DNA from: Mantamonas sphyraenae STR306
Lineage: Eukaryota > Protista > CRuMs
Direction of reading: 5' to 3'
DNA: 64,000 bases
Assembly (NCBI GenBank): GCA_026936335.1
Contig: JAPMXV010000038.1
Coordinates: 186,001-250,000, forward strand
Shown: positions 21,493-33,700 of the stretch, in pieces
Layout of the letters: each line of letters starts with the position of its first letter
Numbering within the stretch: the first letter of the stretch is position 1
Program-made: the position numbers and the translations under genes
The notes under the pieces: generated by a model
What the model saw: only the letters and a program-made list of their open reading frames with translations
What the model was told of the DNA's origin: nothing
The model's database searches: none

Positions 21493-24272
21493 TCACAAAA
21501 TCTCTTCCTCTTCCGATGCTCTGCTGCTTGTGCTTTCACGTCGACCCTGACGCTGAAGACGGCGTTGGCGACGTCTCTCCTGCACTCTGTCTGCCAGCAC
21601 CTTTTGCTCCTCATCCATGCTCAAGCGACGCGAGTTGCGTGCCTCTTGCGCCTGCAGCATCTGTTGCTCGATGAGCATGCGCGCTCGATCGTCGTGATCC
21701 TGTGGCGTGGTTGGATCCATGTCTGCACCCATGGTGGACACGCTGAATACCTTTCGTGGTGTCGATGTCGATGTGCCAGCCGCGCCGACCCCACCTCCGT
21801 GGAAAAATACGTCTGTAGATGCGTTGCGGGGCGAGTTGAGCACGGTCGGATGTTGGGATACAGGCAACCCCTTGGTTGCCTGACGCATCTGCCTGCGTTC
21901 CTTGAGACGCTGCTGCAGTCGAGTTTGGTACTTGATGCGTGCCTTTTGCAGCTGTGCCTGCCGATTGGCCTCCTCCTGGCGCAGCAGGTGGAGCATGTCC
22001 GCCACCTCGAGATCAAACTGCTGCTCGTCCATTCGCTGCCGTGCACCCTCCAACAGCCGTTTCAACTTGGCTTGTGTGCGCATCTGGCTGTGCAACGAGT
22101 ACAGACTCTGCTCGCTCTCGTATTCCCTGCGTTCAGATTCATGGTTCTCGCGCAGCTGTTGAAGAAATTCGGCGCGGTGCTGGGGATCCTCGCGTCCCCC
22201 CGCACCATGGCGTTCAGACACACCCGCCAACGAATTGTCCCGAATCCTCTGTGCTGCCTGGATGCCACGCACAAACTTGCGCAACACGCCCGCGTGCATC
22301 GTGTTGACCTCCTCCGACGCGTCCAGATCATCCACCACCGAACCCACCACTTCGGTGTTGCCATTCTGGTGGACCCCCGACGACGCAAATACGTGTGGCT
22401 GCACTTTGTGCTTGCCACGTCGGCCTTGCGCGAGCACACGGCCATGGATGGCTCGACGTGATCGCAGTTTGGCGTTGTTCTTTCGAAGCTTGGGCGAGTT
22501 CAAATGCACCTGGCGTGGCTCCTCACCTTGTTCCACGTCCCATGCATCGTCGCCCTCGCTTTCTTGACCACCGCTGCTGTCGTCTGGTTGCAGTCTGCGC
22601 TGCCAAGGTGTGGTGCCTCCGCCTCCCAAGCCCGTTTCCGGCTCGCCTGCCTTGCGGACCGGCCCCACGGGCTTGATGCTGTGTTTGCCTCTGTTCTTGA
22701 TTGTTCTGGCCTTGGACCGGGAAAAGTGCATGCCCAACCGCTCTGCCGGGTCGTCGTGCAGACGGATCTGCTGCATGCGCGAGTAGCCGCTGGAGTGTTG
22801 CGAGCGCCACAGAAACACGCTCAACAGCACCGCGGCGGTGCTGGAAAGCACAATCGCCACAATGATGGGCACACTGAGTGTATCTGAAGCCACGGCAGCC
22901 GGTGTGTGCACCTGGCAGGCCACCCCAGAGTACTGTGCCTCACACGTGCAAAAAAACTCGTTTCGCGCAAAAACATTCACGCGCTTGCCGCATGTTCCGT
23001 GGCCCGAGCAGTCGTCTGGACACACGGTCCATGTGAAATGTGCCAGTTTCTGTGAGGTGTCCAGATCCAGCACGCCCTTTGTCGTCCTGCGCGTGTACCG
23101 GTCGCCGTTTTCTTCCGGCGCCGTTCCGTTGAACCGGCCCATGTCCACGTACGACGCAGCAGGACGAGGTCGTAGCGGATGCGTGTTGTCTGATGCTGCA
23201 AATTCGAATTCTATGAGGTGCGTGTGTGTGTGTGTGTGTGTGTGTCAGTGCGGCCGCTCTTTGTACGGAAAACGAAGAATCTCGTGTAACTTCTCGCGCC
23301 TCAATCACCACCGCGCAAGCGATGGAGCCAACGCGGGACAGCCTGTGGGCATCAACGAAGCATATAGCACACCCTCTTTGCACCATCGACATCGCTGCAT
23401 GGCCCGGTGGCTTGCCACGGCCGCATTCTGCGGTGTGGAAACGACTCCAAACGAGGAAGTTCTGCACAGCGGAATGGAAAGCACTTACCTCCCCAGCCAG
23501 CGCTTTCAAAGCCCCACAGGAAAGTGGCAAACCAGGCGTAGTGCCAACGAGCGTCATCGTAGTCGCCAACGCTGCCGGCTGTGGTCACAGTGGCCACCTT
23601 GATGCCTGTGCCGAGGGTCCGGTTGTACGCCTTGAAGGCCTTTTCCCGCCAGGCTACAGGCGAGCGGTAGTTGCCCAGGGACACTGTATAGGACTCGAGC
23701 AGTAGCCAATCGCCACTGCGCAGTCTGTGTGCGGCTGCTGTGGGGTTTGCATTCGGGTAAAGCGAGTCCGGGTCGGGCGAAAGGACGTCGTCTGGGTCCC
23801 AAGGGTTCCAGAACGCCGCCAGACCCTGGCTGTGCACGTAATCGGCGACGTCGTTCTGATGCAGTCGCGTGACACCAAAGTCGTACCCTGCATTGTCGAG
23901 AAAAATGCCGGACACGCCCATGGCCTTCCACAAGTCTGTGTGGTCGCGGAGATACGTGATGCCGTCGGGGTGATCCAAAGCAATGTAGCCGAATAGCAGC
24001 ACGTCTGCATTGTTCCCCTTTAATTGTGCAATCATTGTTTTTGTGTTGTCGTGATCTGCATGGCTGGACGTCTCCAGCAGAGCCGCAAACACAATAACGT
24101 CGTACTGGCTGTATCGGGCAAACGCCGCCGTCAGGTTGCCCGCACTGCCATCAATGAGCGACGGGTAGCCGTAATACACGGCCAGCTTAGACGGACGTGC
24201 ATCCGTGCTGCTGGGGCCCAGCACTGCTGCACATGCAGCCGCTAGGGTGAGCAGCACCAGGAGCCTCCACAT
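21493..24272 (-). CDS. Type I membrane protein: signal peptide + spherulin-4/GH135-like TIM-barrel + EGF + TM + cytoplasmic coiled coil (2 exons)
   Basis: ORFs 23352-24272 and 21493-23148 join through the phase-1 intron 23211-23488 (GWG-E-FEF). Motifs GVSGIFLDNAGYD and LLES; EGF CPDDCSGHGTC...CTCEAQYSGVAC; TM IIVAIVLSSTAAVLLSVFLW. Confidence 0.75.
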
Positions 24273-24405
24273 CGGAAGGTCCGTTTCAGCTTTTTTGCGA
24301 GAAAAGGTTTGGCTTCATCCGAGCTGGGCTGAGCAGCCGAATGCGATTGCGAAAGAGCAACAAGGGTGTTTGTTCGGATGCATTCTCCGTTTCGTCGACG
24401 CACCT

Positions 24406-25544
24406 TTACACGGCCTTGCTCGAGGCACCCTTTCCATGGATTGGCTCGCAGTTCACGTTTGTTTCGCCACGCCAGAAGGGCATAAACTTTTCCCGCAGAA
24501 AGTTGCCGAAGCCCATGGCGAGGCCACACAGGCTCCAGAACTCCATGAACGTGATGAATGCAAAGATGGTGGGCAGCTTCGGTGTGCGCGGGCTGTCCCC
24601 GTACAGCCACGTCGCCGTTGCGTACACGGCCTCGCGCGCAAAGATGTTGATGCCGTACAGAGTATAGGCCATGAGTTGGTACCACACGTGTTTCTGTTGG
24701 CGCAAAGGCGAGGCGGGGCATGAGCAAGTGGGAACTGGGGGGGAAGGGGAAGGCAAGTACGTCGCGAGTCACGTACACGCACACATGCACACACTCAGGA
24801 TACCACACGCTCACTTTCTCACTCTCACACACTTACTTTGCCGATGCCGAAGCAGTGGGAGAGAAAAATCATCCACTGGTGCACGAGAAAGGTGCCGGTG
24901 ACGGAGAAGTGGCCGCGATTGTGCGGTTCGATATAGACGACGTAGGCCATCATTAGGATTCGGATGAGATGATGGACAGAGTAGAACATGAGAGTGCGCA
25001 CAGCACGACGTACGTATACGTACATGTCGGCCAAAGAAAACACAAAGTAGACCAGCAGCACTTTGTTGATCACCGAAAACAGGTGTACTGTGAGCATGCC
25101 ATCGGCCCCAATGTCATGTCAATGAGCAAGTGAGTGTGTGTGTGTCAGTATTCTAGCCACATGCCACGACGGCACGGCACCACACTGCCTTGTGTGCGTC
25201 CCAGCTGCGCTCCCGTCCGGAAAGCGCCCTCGCGGAGAGAAACAACGTGTGTGACAATTCGTGCATGACGTACCCCTATGGAATCCGTAGAACCAGGGAA
25301 TGTCGTCACGATAAAAGTCACCCCGTGCACATGCGTACACCCAGATGAGCGATGCCAGCGCCACAAAGGCGAGGTTGCAGCAGTTGATGGCGTGAATCAT
25401 CTGCTTCTCCGTCGTGTGCCACCAAAGAAGTTGGATGGCCGGGCTGGAAACGATCGACGAGTCGGTCATTGAGCTGTGTTTGCTGTCTCCGCCTTTGTCG
25501 TCACTGCTGAGCAGCACATCGTTGGGGAGAGACTTGGTGCCCAT
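24406..25544 (-). CDS. Multi-pass membrane protein, TLC (TRAM/LAG1/CLN8)-like (3 exons); start may be 25469
   Basis: Three hydrophobic exons joined by phase-compatible GTACGT and GTAAGT introns. D...HH motif (ADMYVY...YSVHHL). Confidence 0.55.
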
Positions 25545-25589
25545 CAAGCGGTTGTGTTGGCTAGCCCGGGGGCCGCCAATCAACCCCAA

Positions 25590-27657
25590 ATGGCCATGAG
25601 ACGGACAGGTACAGTGACAACTGCGTCACGGGCCTCCTTGTTACCGGCCTTTGTGTTGCTGGTGGCTGTGCATGTGGCGTTGGCGCAGCAGTGGCAATGG
25701 AACACGGACATGGATTTGGACGTGTGGCCTCTGCCTACTCAATACGCAAACGGGACCGGACGGCTGGCCGTGCAGCCCTCGCTGGCCATCAGCATCAAGG
25801 ACGCATCATCACTGGACACCAAGCAACAACAACTGCTGAATGCAGCCATTGCACGCGTAACCAAGCGTGTTTTCTCGGCCAACGAAAAGTGGACGGCTTG
25901 GCGCTGGAGCATCTACGAGCCCAACAGTGTGGCAGCCGCTCCAGCCACTCTTTCCGGCGTTTCCGTGCAGGTCACACCACCACACACACGCCCCTGGACA
26001 TGGACCTTGTCGACGAGAGCTACACGCTGGAAATCCAGGCCAGTGGGGCAAGCATCCGCGCGCCGCAAGAGTGGGGTGCCTTGCGTGCCCTTGAGACCCT
26101 GGCCCAGCTCATTGTCTGGCAGGGCGCTGCACAGGGATACCAGATTCTGCGTACGCCTCTCCTTATCAACGACAACCCGCGTTTCCGCTGGCGAGGAGTG
26201 TCGTTGGATACGGCTCGCCACTACATCACCCCCGAGGGCTTGCTGCGTACTCTGGACATGATGGAACGCACAAAGATGAATGTGCTGCACGTAAGTTGAG
26301 CATCTTGCCTTGTCACGCACGGGCATATGTGTGGCTGACCGAACCCCAACCCCCCCTCCTCCCCTCTCGCTGTCTGCAGTGGCACATCATCGACGCGGAC
26401 AGCTTCCCGCTGGAGACCACAGTGTACGAAAAACTGTCGCAGGAGGGTGCGTGGGCACCGGGAGCTGTGTACAACCGCTCATTTGTGCAGCAGCTTCTGG
26501 CGTATGCTCACGAGCGTGGAGTGCACGTGGTTCCCGAATTTGATGTGCCGGGTCACTCGGGAGCCATCGGAAGGGCCTACCCGGATCTGGTGGCCCAGTG
26601 CAGCGATTGGTTGCACAATGTCTACCGCGGCTACGACCCCAACCAGGCCATTTCGTTGAACCCGACGCGCGAGAGCACGTACACCTTTCTGCAGAGCCTG
26701 TTCAACGAGGCGGCGGGCGTGTTCGGCTCGCGGTACATGCACATCGGTGGTGACGAGGTGCAGATTGGCTGCTGGGAGTCCATGCCCGAGGTTGCCACGT
26801 TTATGCAGAAGCACCAGTTCACCACGTACAATCAAGTGTGGGAATACTTTGAGCAGCGTGCCATCAACCTGGCCCTGTATGCGGGCAAGAAGCCCATCCT
26901 GTGGAACGAACCGTTCAGCAACGGCTTCAACCTCGGCCCCAACGTAACCATCAACGTGTGGAAGGACAAGAACACCCTGGGCGATGTGGTGCGTGCAGGT
27001 CTCCAGGGCATCTACTCGTTTGGCAACTACTTGGACAGGCAGACACCCGCATGTGTGGGCACAAAGTGCAACCAGAGTGCCATCCACTGGCTGTGGATCT
27101 GGACCTGGCACGATTTTTACGCAAATGATCCCTACACCGGCCTCGGTCTCACAGCGGCCGAACAGGCCCGCATCCTCGGCGGCGAAATGGCTGCCTGGGC
27201 CGAAAACATGAACGACCTCAACCTTGACGTCCGCCTGTGGGCACGCGGTCCTGCTGTGGCCGAACGCCTGTGGAGCCCTGCCTCGGTCACCAACGTGCGC
27301 AAGGCCGAGCGACGCATGACCTCGTTCCAGTGCAAGATGGCTCGGCTGGGCGTGCGTGTCAGTCCGGCTCACATGGACCATTGCGACTCCTTTGGTGCCG
27401 CTCAGGGGGGCGGTAGCAACAGCGGAGGCGACAACTCGGGAAAGCATCCCGGCGACGGTGGCAATCCCAACGGCCTCGTCAGCCCAGCCTATGTCTCTTG
27501 GACCATTGCTCTCGCCGTGCTCCTTCTTGCGGAGAATGTCATTCTCGCAGGCATGCTCTACTGGCGGCGTGTGGCTCGCAAGGGTTGGATGTTTGCCGAC
27601 CAAGGCAACTCCCAATCCAGCCCAGGTGGACGTGGGTACCTCGAACTGGACCGATGA
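25590..27657 (+). CDS. Beta-N-acetylhexosaminidase (GH20) with C-terminal TM anchor; one intron; apparent frameshift at ~25975-25990
   Basis: Signal peptide, VWPLP, DESYTL, GALRALETLAQL, DNPRFRWRGVSLDTARHY, KMNVLH|WHIIDADSFP, PEFDVPGH, HIGGDEV, GGEMAAWAE, AVAERLWS. Intron 26291-26379. Confidence 0.93.
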
Positions 27658-27746
27658 TCAACGGAAGTGTGTCAGCACCCGCGAGTCATGACGATGGTGG
27701 ATGCTGAAAGTGAGTGAGTGAGACAAAGAGCAATTCATCAACCTTG

Positions 27747-28718
27747 TCACCCACGTCGTCCAAACTGCTGCCGCTTCGCCACCTCTGCGCTCACATTCTG
27801 CAAGGCCATGGACACCATGTTGTGCAGCTGCACAAGCTGTGCGTTGTCAATCTCGTGCAAGTCGATGCCCAGCGCGTATTTGAGCTGTTTCTGCACGTTG
27901 TCGAGCTCGCTGCTCTTTTCTGCAAGCTGCTGCTCCTGCACACTCACTTGCCGCTGCAGCTGCAGCAGTCGATTGTCCTTACGATTTTGCAGCTTTTTCG
28001 TGTTTTTGAAGCGTTCGTTGAACTTGTCCAGGGCAGACGTGCCTCCGGAGCTGCTGCCGGAAATTTCGTCCTCCAGCTCTTCCTCCTCCTCTTCTTCCTC
28101 CTCCCCGTACTCATCCTCGCTCCCCGACCCGTTTCCATTGCCTGCGTCCCTGTGCAAAGACCCCTGCCCGCCTTTTCCTGCCACCTCCCGCGCCACTGCA
28201 GCTTTGTCGAAACGCGCATTGCTGCTCGCAAAGTCAAATTCTTCCGAGTACGCCGCCGTCTCCTGTGTGCCCAGCGACGAGCGCGTGTTGTCGAACCGAG
28301 CCTGCACAAAGCCTCCCTGGCCAGGTCTGGGCCCTGCCTGGGGTTGTCCTTGTGTTGACTGGCCCTGCTGGCCCACTCCTGATCCTGCGGCACTCACCGA
28401 CCTCCCTGTGCTTCCCGCTGCCCCTCCCACGCTTGTGGACGACGACGTCATCAGCGTGTGGTCCTGCACCAACGAAGAAGACACCTCTTTCAACACATGA
28501 ATGTCCTGGATGTCCGCTACGTGGAACTCCACAGGCTGTGGCGTCAGCTGCGTTTGCGGAGCCACTGGATTCGGCACAGGCCGGTCTTCTGTGCCCAGAA
28601 GCTGCACCAGATCCAGCACCAACATCCCATTCTGCGGGTCCAGCTTCGCCAGCAGGCCTTCCCATCGGCACTGCGTCGACTTTTGGATGAGACTCACTCG
28701 CTTCCCTTCAAAGTCCAT
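27747..28718 (-). CDS. LSM14/Scd6-like protein (LSm + FDF) with an atypical C-terminal coiled coil
   Basis: GKRVSLI..S..RWEG.L..LD...GTEDRP...F...DIQDIHV (LSM14 domain) and EEFDFASSNARFDK (FDF motif). Confidence 0.8.
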   Translation of the reverse strand: MDFEGKRVSLIQKSTQCRWEGLLAKLDPQNGMLVLDLVQLLGTEDRPVPNPVAPQTQLTPQPVEFHVADIQDIHVLKEVSSSLVQDHTLMTSSSTSVGGAAGSTGRSVSAAGSGVGQQGQSTQGQPQAGPRPGQGGFVQARFDNTRSSLGTQETAAYSEEFDFASSNARFDKAAVAREVAGKGGQGSLHRDAGNGNGSGSEDEYGEEEEEEEEELEDEISGSSSGGTSALDKFNERFKNTKKLQNRKDNRLLQLQRQVSVQEQQLAEKSSELDNVQKQLKYALGIDLHEIDNAQLVQLHNMVSMALQNVSAEVAKRQQFGRRG

Positions 28719-28948
28719 CTGCTCGCGGTTCCTTGCGTTTGGTTCTGCGGGCGCATGCACGGACTTTGATGCTGACCTGTTGTAGCGATGAAGTGTCACG
28801 AATGCAAGCAACTGTTGAAGCATCCAATCCAATCATGGTGTGGTGGAGACAACAATGGACGTTCCGTCAAGGTCGCTCTGCACACGCACATTCGTGTGTT
28901 TGAACCTTTCTTTCTTGTTCCCCCCTCTCTCCCAAACCACAATGCACC

Positions 28949-29602
28949 TCAGTTCCACTCCTGGGCCATGTACAGGCCGTATGCGATGCAGTAGAGCGCG
29001 CTGTCGACTGCGTACCCCTGCTTCTCGTCGTAGTCCTTCAGAATGGCCATCAGCGCATTCACAGGCACAAGCACTGTGGTGATAAACTCGGTGTCTTCCA
29101 GTTCCGTTTGTGGATTCTGGTTCTCTTCCTTCTCCATGTCCACAATCAGGGTCACCAGTCGCGCGCGGCTCCCTCCGCTCCCCACGCTGGAAAACACATC
29201 GTGCGACACGTGCGAAACCTCACCGACGTAGCCCGTCTCCTCCTTCAACTCTCGCACAGCTGCCTCTTCGGCCGTCTCTCCCGTGTCCACCAGTCCGGCC
29301 GGCAGCTCGATGCACGTGCGGCCCACCGGAACGCGGAACTGCTTCGTCAACACCAGCTTGTCGGGCTTGCCCTCACTCCGCACCAGTGCCACCACAGAGA
29401 TGCTGTCCAAGTCTTTCACCTTTTCCCGCGTCGTACGCTGCACCACTTCCCACGACCGCTCCACGCCGTCCGGCGTCGTATAGGGCATCTCCAACAACCG
29501 GATCCACTTTCCCTCTCCCAGCACACGAGCCCCCACTGCCTCATTGAAATCCTTCACCGTCATGTCTGTCTCTTCAGCCACTTTGATCGACACGCTCGTC
29601 AT
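28949..29602 (-). CDS. NUDT5: ADP-sugar pyrophosphatase, Nudix hydrolase
   Basis: KW..L..Y..PDG..RSWE, QFRVPVG..CIELPAG and the Nudix box GLVDTGETAEEAAVRELKEETGY. Confidence 0.9.
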   Translation of the reverse strand: MTSVSIKVAEETDMTVKDFNEAVGARVLGEGKWIRLLEMPYTTPDGVERSWEVVQRTTREKVKDLDSISVVALVRSEGKPDKLVLTKQFRVPVGRTCIELPAGLVDTGETAEEAAVRELKEETGYVGEVSHVSHDVFSSVGSGGSRARLVTLIVDMEKEENQNPQTELEDTEFITTVLVPVNALMAILKDYDEKQGYAVDSALYCIAYGLYMAQEWN

Positions 29603-29718
29603 TGTGGCGTTGCGCTGGATGCGAATTTGGTGGCGACATTGGAGCTGAGGAAACGCACCCGTCCCGAGACCCAATCGTCAATCGTCAATTGGCATGCTTG
29701 TCTTCTGGGTTTCATTCA

Positions 29719-30609
29719 TCACTCGCTTCCACCAGCCTCGGCCTTGACCTCCACCACCTTGGCACCTTTGCCTCGCTTGTTGAGCAGATCGTACACCGAC
29801 GCACGGATGGCGTCTTCGGCCAGCATGCTGCAGTGCAGCTTCACAGGTGGCAACGACAGCTCCGCTGCAATCTCTTTGTTCGTCAGCTTCAGCGCCTCTT
29901 CCAGGGTCTTGCCCTTGACCCACTCGGTCGCCAAAGAAGACGACGCAATCGCACTGCCGCATCCAAACGTCTTGAACTTGGCGTCCTTGATCACATCACC
30001 TGTTGGATTCCCATCTCCTGTGTCAGTAAAACGTCCTCCAGACCGTTGCTGGACCCCTTCCAACCCTGTGTCGTTCCCTAGTCCCTAGTCCAGGTTGAAA
30101 TCAGCACAGCCATTTTCCACCCAGCTGAAATCTGATAATCTTCCGTCCCTCTCCTTACCGTCTACTTCGATCTGCAGCTTCATCACGTCACCACATGCGG
30201 GTGCCCCCACCACGCCTGTGTCCATTTGCGCGGGTGTGTGCGTCCATGTTAGCCTCGTTGCCCCGTGCACTCCCTCCACAAACCGTCGCATCCAGCCTTC
30301 CGATCGGCGCGGCTCTTTCCCACCCTCTCTTCGCTTTGCGCACGCACTCCATCAACCGGCGCTGTGTTCTTGGGCTACCAACCCACGCGCTGACTCTCAC
30401 ATACCTGTGCCCACACTGTCACTGTTCTTGTCCAGGCTGCCCACGTTGCGCGGACGCTCGTAGTGGTCAATCACCTTTTCGTGGTACAGCCGTGTGACGA
30501 TCCCTGCTCCACTGCTGCTCGACGTCTCCACGCTGCTCACGCTCTCCAACGTTAGCAACGACAGACCACGCGCGCTCTGAACACCTTTCTTCACGCTTTT
30601 GGCAAACAT
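29719..30609 (-). CDS. ISCU: Mitochondrial Fe-S cluster scaffold IscU (3 exons)
   Basis: [62 protein letters not shown]. Confidence 0.97.
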
Positions 30610-30717
30610 CGACGATTTCTGGCTTGCCGCACACGGCGCACTGACGCTGGGGCACACCTTTGTCTTTCAAAACACGATTGCGCGTGACAGAGCATACATT
30701 CCTTCCCTCCCCACTGC

Positions 30718-33700
30718 TCAGTAGTTCAACGAGCACACCATCGCCACGCCGCGCTTGATAAAGTACCGTTCGGGCTTGTCGCCACAGGGGAGCTCGATGT
30801 TCAGCACAAAGTTGGTCGAGTGTCCCGTCGTGCTCAGCTGGCCCGCACGTGCCAGCGTCTTGTACACAGGGCACTGGTACACGCCTTCGCTCGCCTCCTC
30901 CTTGTTGTCCGTCGGCCGCAGCCAGATGATCGGCATTTCCGTGTACAGCTCCTTTGCCCGACTGTCCACAATCATGCCCTCGTCTGCGTCCCAACGTGCT
31001 CCCTCCATGATCAGTCCCCGAATGTACACGCCATCCTTCGGCCGCTCGTGGATCTCCTCCTCCGTTTCGCGCAGCACCTGAAACTCGAACGACACGTCGT
31101 CGATCGGCACCAGGTACTTGCGCGCATAGTTCTGTTTCGTGCCCGTCAGGAAGCCCTGAGGGAAGTAGAACCCAGAGATCCAAAACACCTTGGGCTTGTC
31201 CTCGTCGATCCACTTTTGGATAAACTGCAGGCGCGCCGACAGATCGACCACCCACGCGGCCAGCGGCTTCAGCGACGGGTACGCCTTGTCTGCCCACGCC
31301 TTGGGCACCTGATTGTTGTACAGACTGTCTGCCATCGCTTCCAGGCTCTCGCTCATCACCACCTCGCCTCGCAGCGCCTTCAGCAGCTGCTCCAGAGTGT
31401 CCTTGATCTCTCGCAGCAGGGTGTCGTACAGCACCACCTCCTGGTTGATCACTGTGTTCAGCGACTCCTCATACTGCATCGTGTACTCCTTCTGCACGTG
31501 CTCCACGTCCATCCCGCCAGGCAGCCTGCTCAGGATATCCACGCTCACCTCCCGCACAAACTCGTTCTGCGACTGGCTCGCCGCTCCGCCGTGCGATCCA
31601 CGCGGCTGCAGTGACAGGATGTTTTCAAAGATCTCAAACGCCGTGTTCTGCGAAAACACAATGTCTGCGTTGCTGTGCAGGCCAAACACGTCTGGTGTGT
31701 CGTTCAACGGCAGCGACTTGATGTAGCCCATGAAATCAGTCATGTTGTCCGCGTCCGGCACGTAGTACCGTCCCAGCGAGTCAAACGTGTACGAAGCATC
31801 AAGAATCTCGGGCGAGTACACATCGCCCAGGATGTTCATCAGCGTGCGCCTGTCCAGGTCGTCCGTCACACGCCCTCCGTAGTTGATCTCGCCTGCCAGG
31901 AACATCAAGATCTTGTACGGCACCTCTTCGTACGAGTCCAGCAGCGTCTGAAGCTGGCGTGTGCAGATCTTCAGGTCGTCGGCCGTAAACTCGTACTGGA
32001 TGTTCCAACCCAGCGATCCGAAGCGGCGCCTCTCCTGCACCACTGCGTGGAAGAATGTCAGCCCAAACAGCATCCTCTTCCACACCTCGGGCTTGCTGCT
32101 TGCGTTCAGGAACTGGTCGTCGTAGCGGTTGAACGACCGCTGCAGGTTCGCCTTGATGCCCTTGGGTGGCTCCGTCGTCATCTTGACGCTCATCTGCAGC
32201 ACGTTGGCCGGAAAATCTTTCGTAGGCATGCTTGTCAGCCACAAACGGAAGCCCTTGTCCACCGTGTCCACGCTGATGTTCGACACAATGTGATCCAGCT
32301 TCGGCATCCAGCTCGCCGCAAGATGGCAGTTCTGCAAACACACCCACGCGCCGCGGTCCATTGCGTCCAGAATCATCTCCTGCGCATGCTGGCCCTGGCC
32401 CTTGCCAAGCGACAGCCGATGGAACTTCTTTGTGTACCGCATGTCATCCACAAACTGCAGGATGTCACCCATCGGGTCTGCGCCGGGCGACAGCACAAAG
32501 ATAAGCGGCGTGTTCGGGGCGCTGTCTCGGTAACAGCTCTCCAGATCAAACTGCGGCGACTCGATAAACTCGTGGCCCAGGTGTTCCGCCACAAACTCCT
32601 GGATAGCCTCGAGCAGTTTGTCCGGACGCAGGCAGCGCAGCAACAGCATGCGCTGGAACATGTCCAAACGACCCTCCAAACCCTCTGGCAGCGTCTCGTT
32701 TTGCGGCGATGCGCTGTCAAACAGCCTGCGGAAGTCGCTCACATGCTTCAACACCGTCATGTCCAGGCCCTTGAAGTTGGGCAGCGCACTGAGATTGAGA
32801 ACCTCGTTCCACGCCTTGTTCGTCAACCACTCGGGCGCAGGGTTCTCCAGATGGTCGCCCGTGTCCAGGTTGGTGCCGCCCGTCAGCAGGAAGCGCCACT
32901 CCTGGCCGTCGATCTTGCCTTCTCCCTGCAAAATCTTTACGCACAGCTGCAACGAAAACAGCAGCTTGTGCTTCTCAAACAGCGAGCGGCACACGTTCTG
33001 GTACAGCGAGTACGTAAAGTATTCGTTCAGCATGCGCAGACGCTCCTCCAGCTGCTCCTCTTCAGACAGCTCCTCGCTTGGCTTGGGCGCGTTTGTGATG
33101 CCCATTGCAAACAGGTGCAGGAACCAGTCCAGCGAGTACTGGTACATCGGATCCACACCCAACAGGTCTGTGATGCAGAAGAAGAGGATCGAGCCACGCA
33201 TGGCCACCTTGCGGTACATGCTTCGCGTATGGTCGATCTCCGCCTCCGTCTGCTTCGACTCGGCCACCTTGGCTTCGATGTCGCGCGACTTTTCCTTCGA
33301 CGCGCTCAGATTGTTGATGAGCGACTCGTCTTCCAGCAGACGTTTGTTCACCGTCAGCGTGTGAAGAATTTGGTCTTCGATGTCCTCAAGCTCCTTTTGC
33401 ATGCGGTCGTTCGCCGCCACCAGCTGCTTCTTGGCCTCCTCCAGGTCCGGTCGCTCGTTCTCCACAACCAACGCCAGCAACTGGTCCTCCAGTCCCTCCA
33501 GCGACAGCGTAAAGTTCAGCAGCGCCACCTTGGTGCTCACCTCGGGCTTGAAGTGCGGGTTGCGCTCGCGCGTCGTCAAATACAGCCGGAAGTCACTGTT
33601 GTACGGAATCACGTCATCGCCAATCTTGATCACAAGCGATCCCGCCTGCTTGAACGTCTCCCGCTTCAGGATTGGGTCCAGCAGCGGGTCCAGCTCCTCG

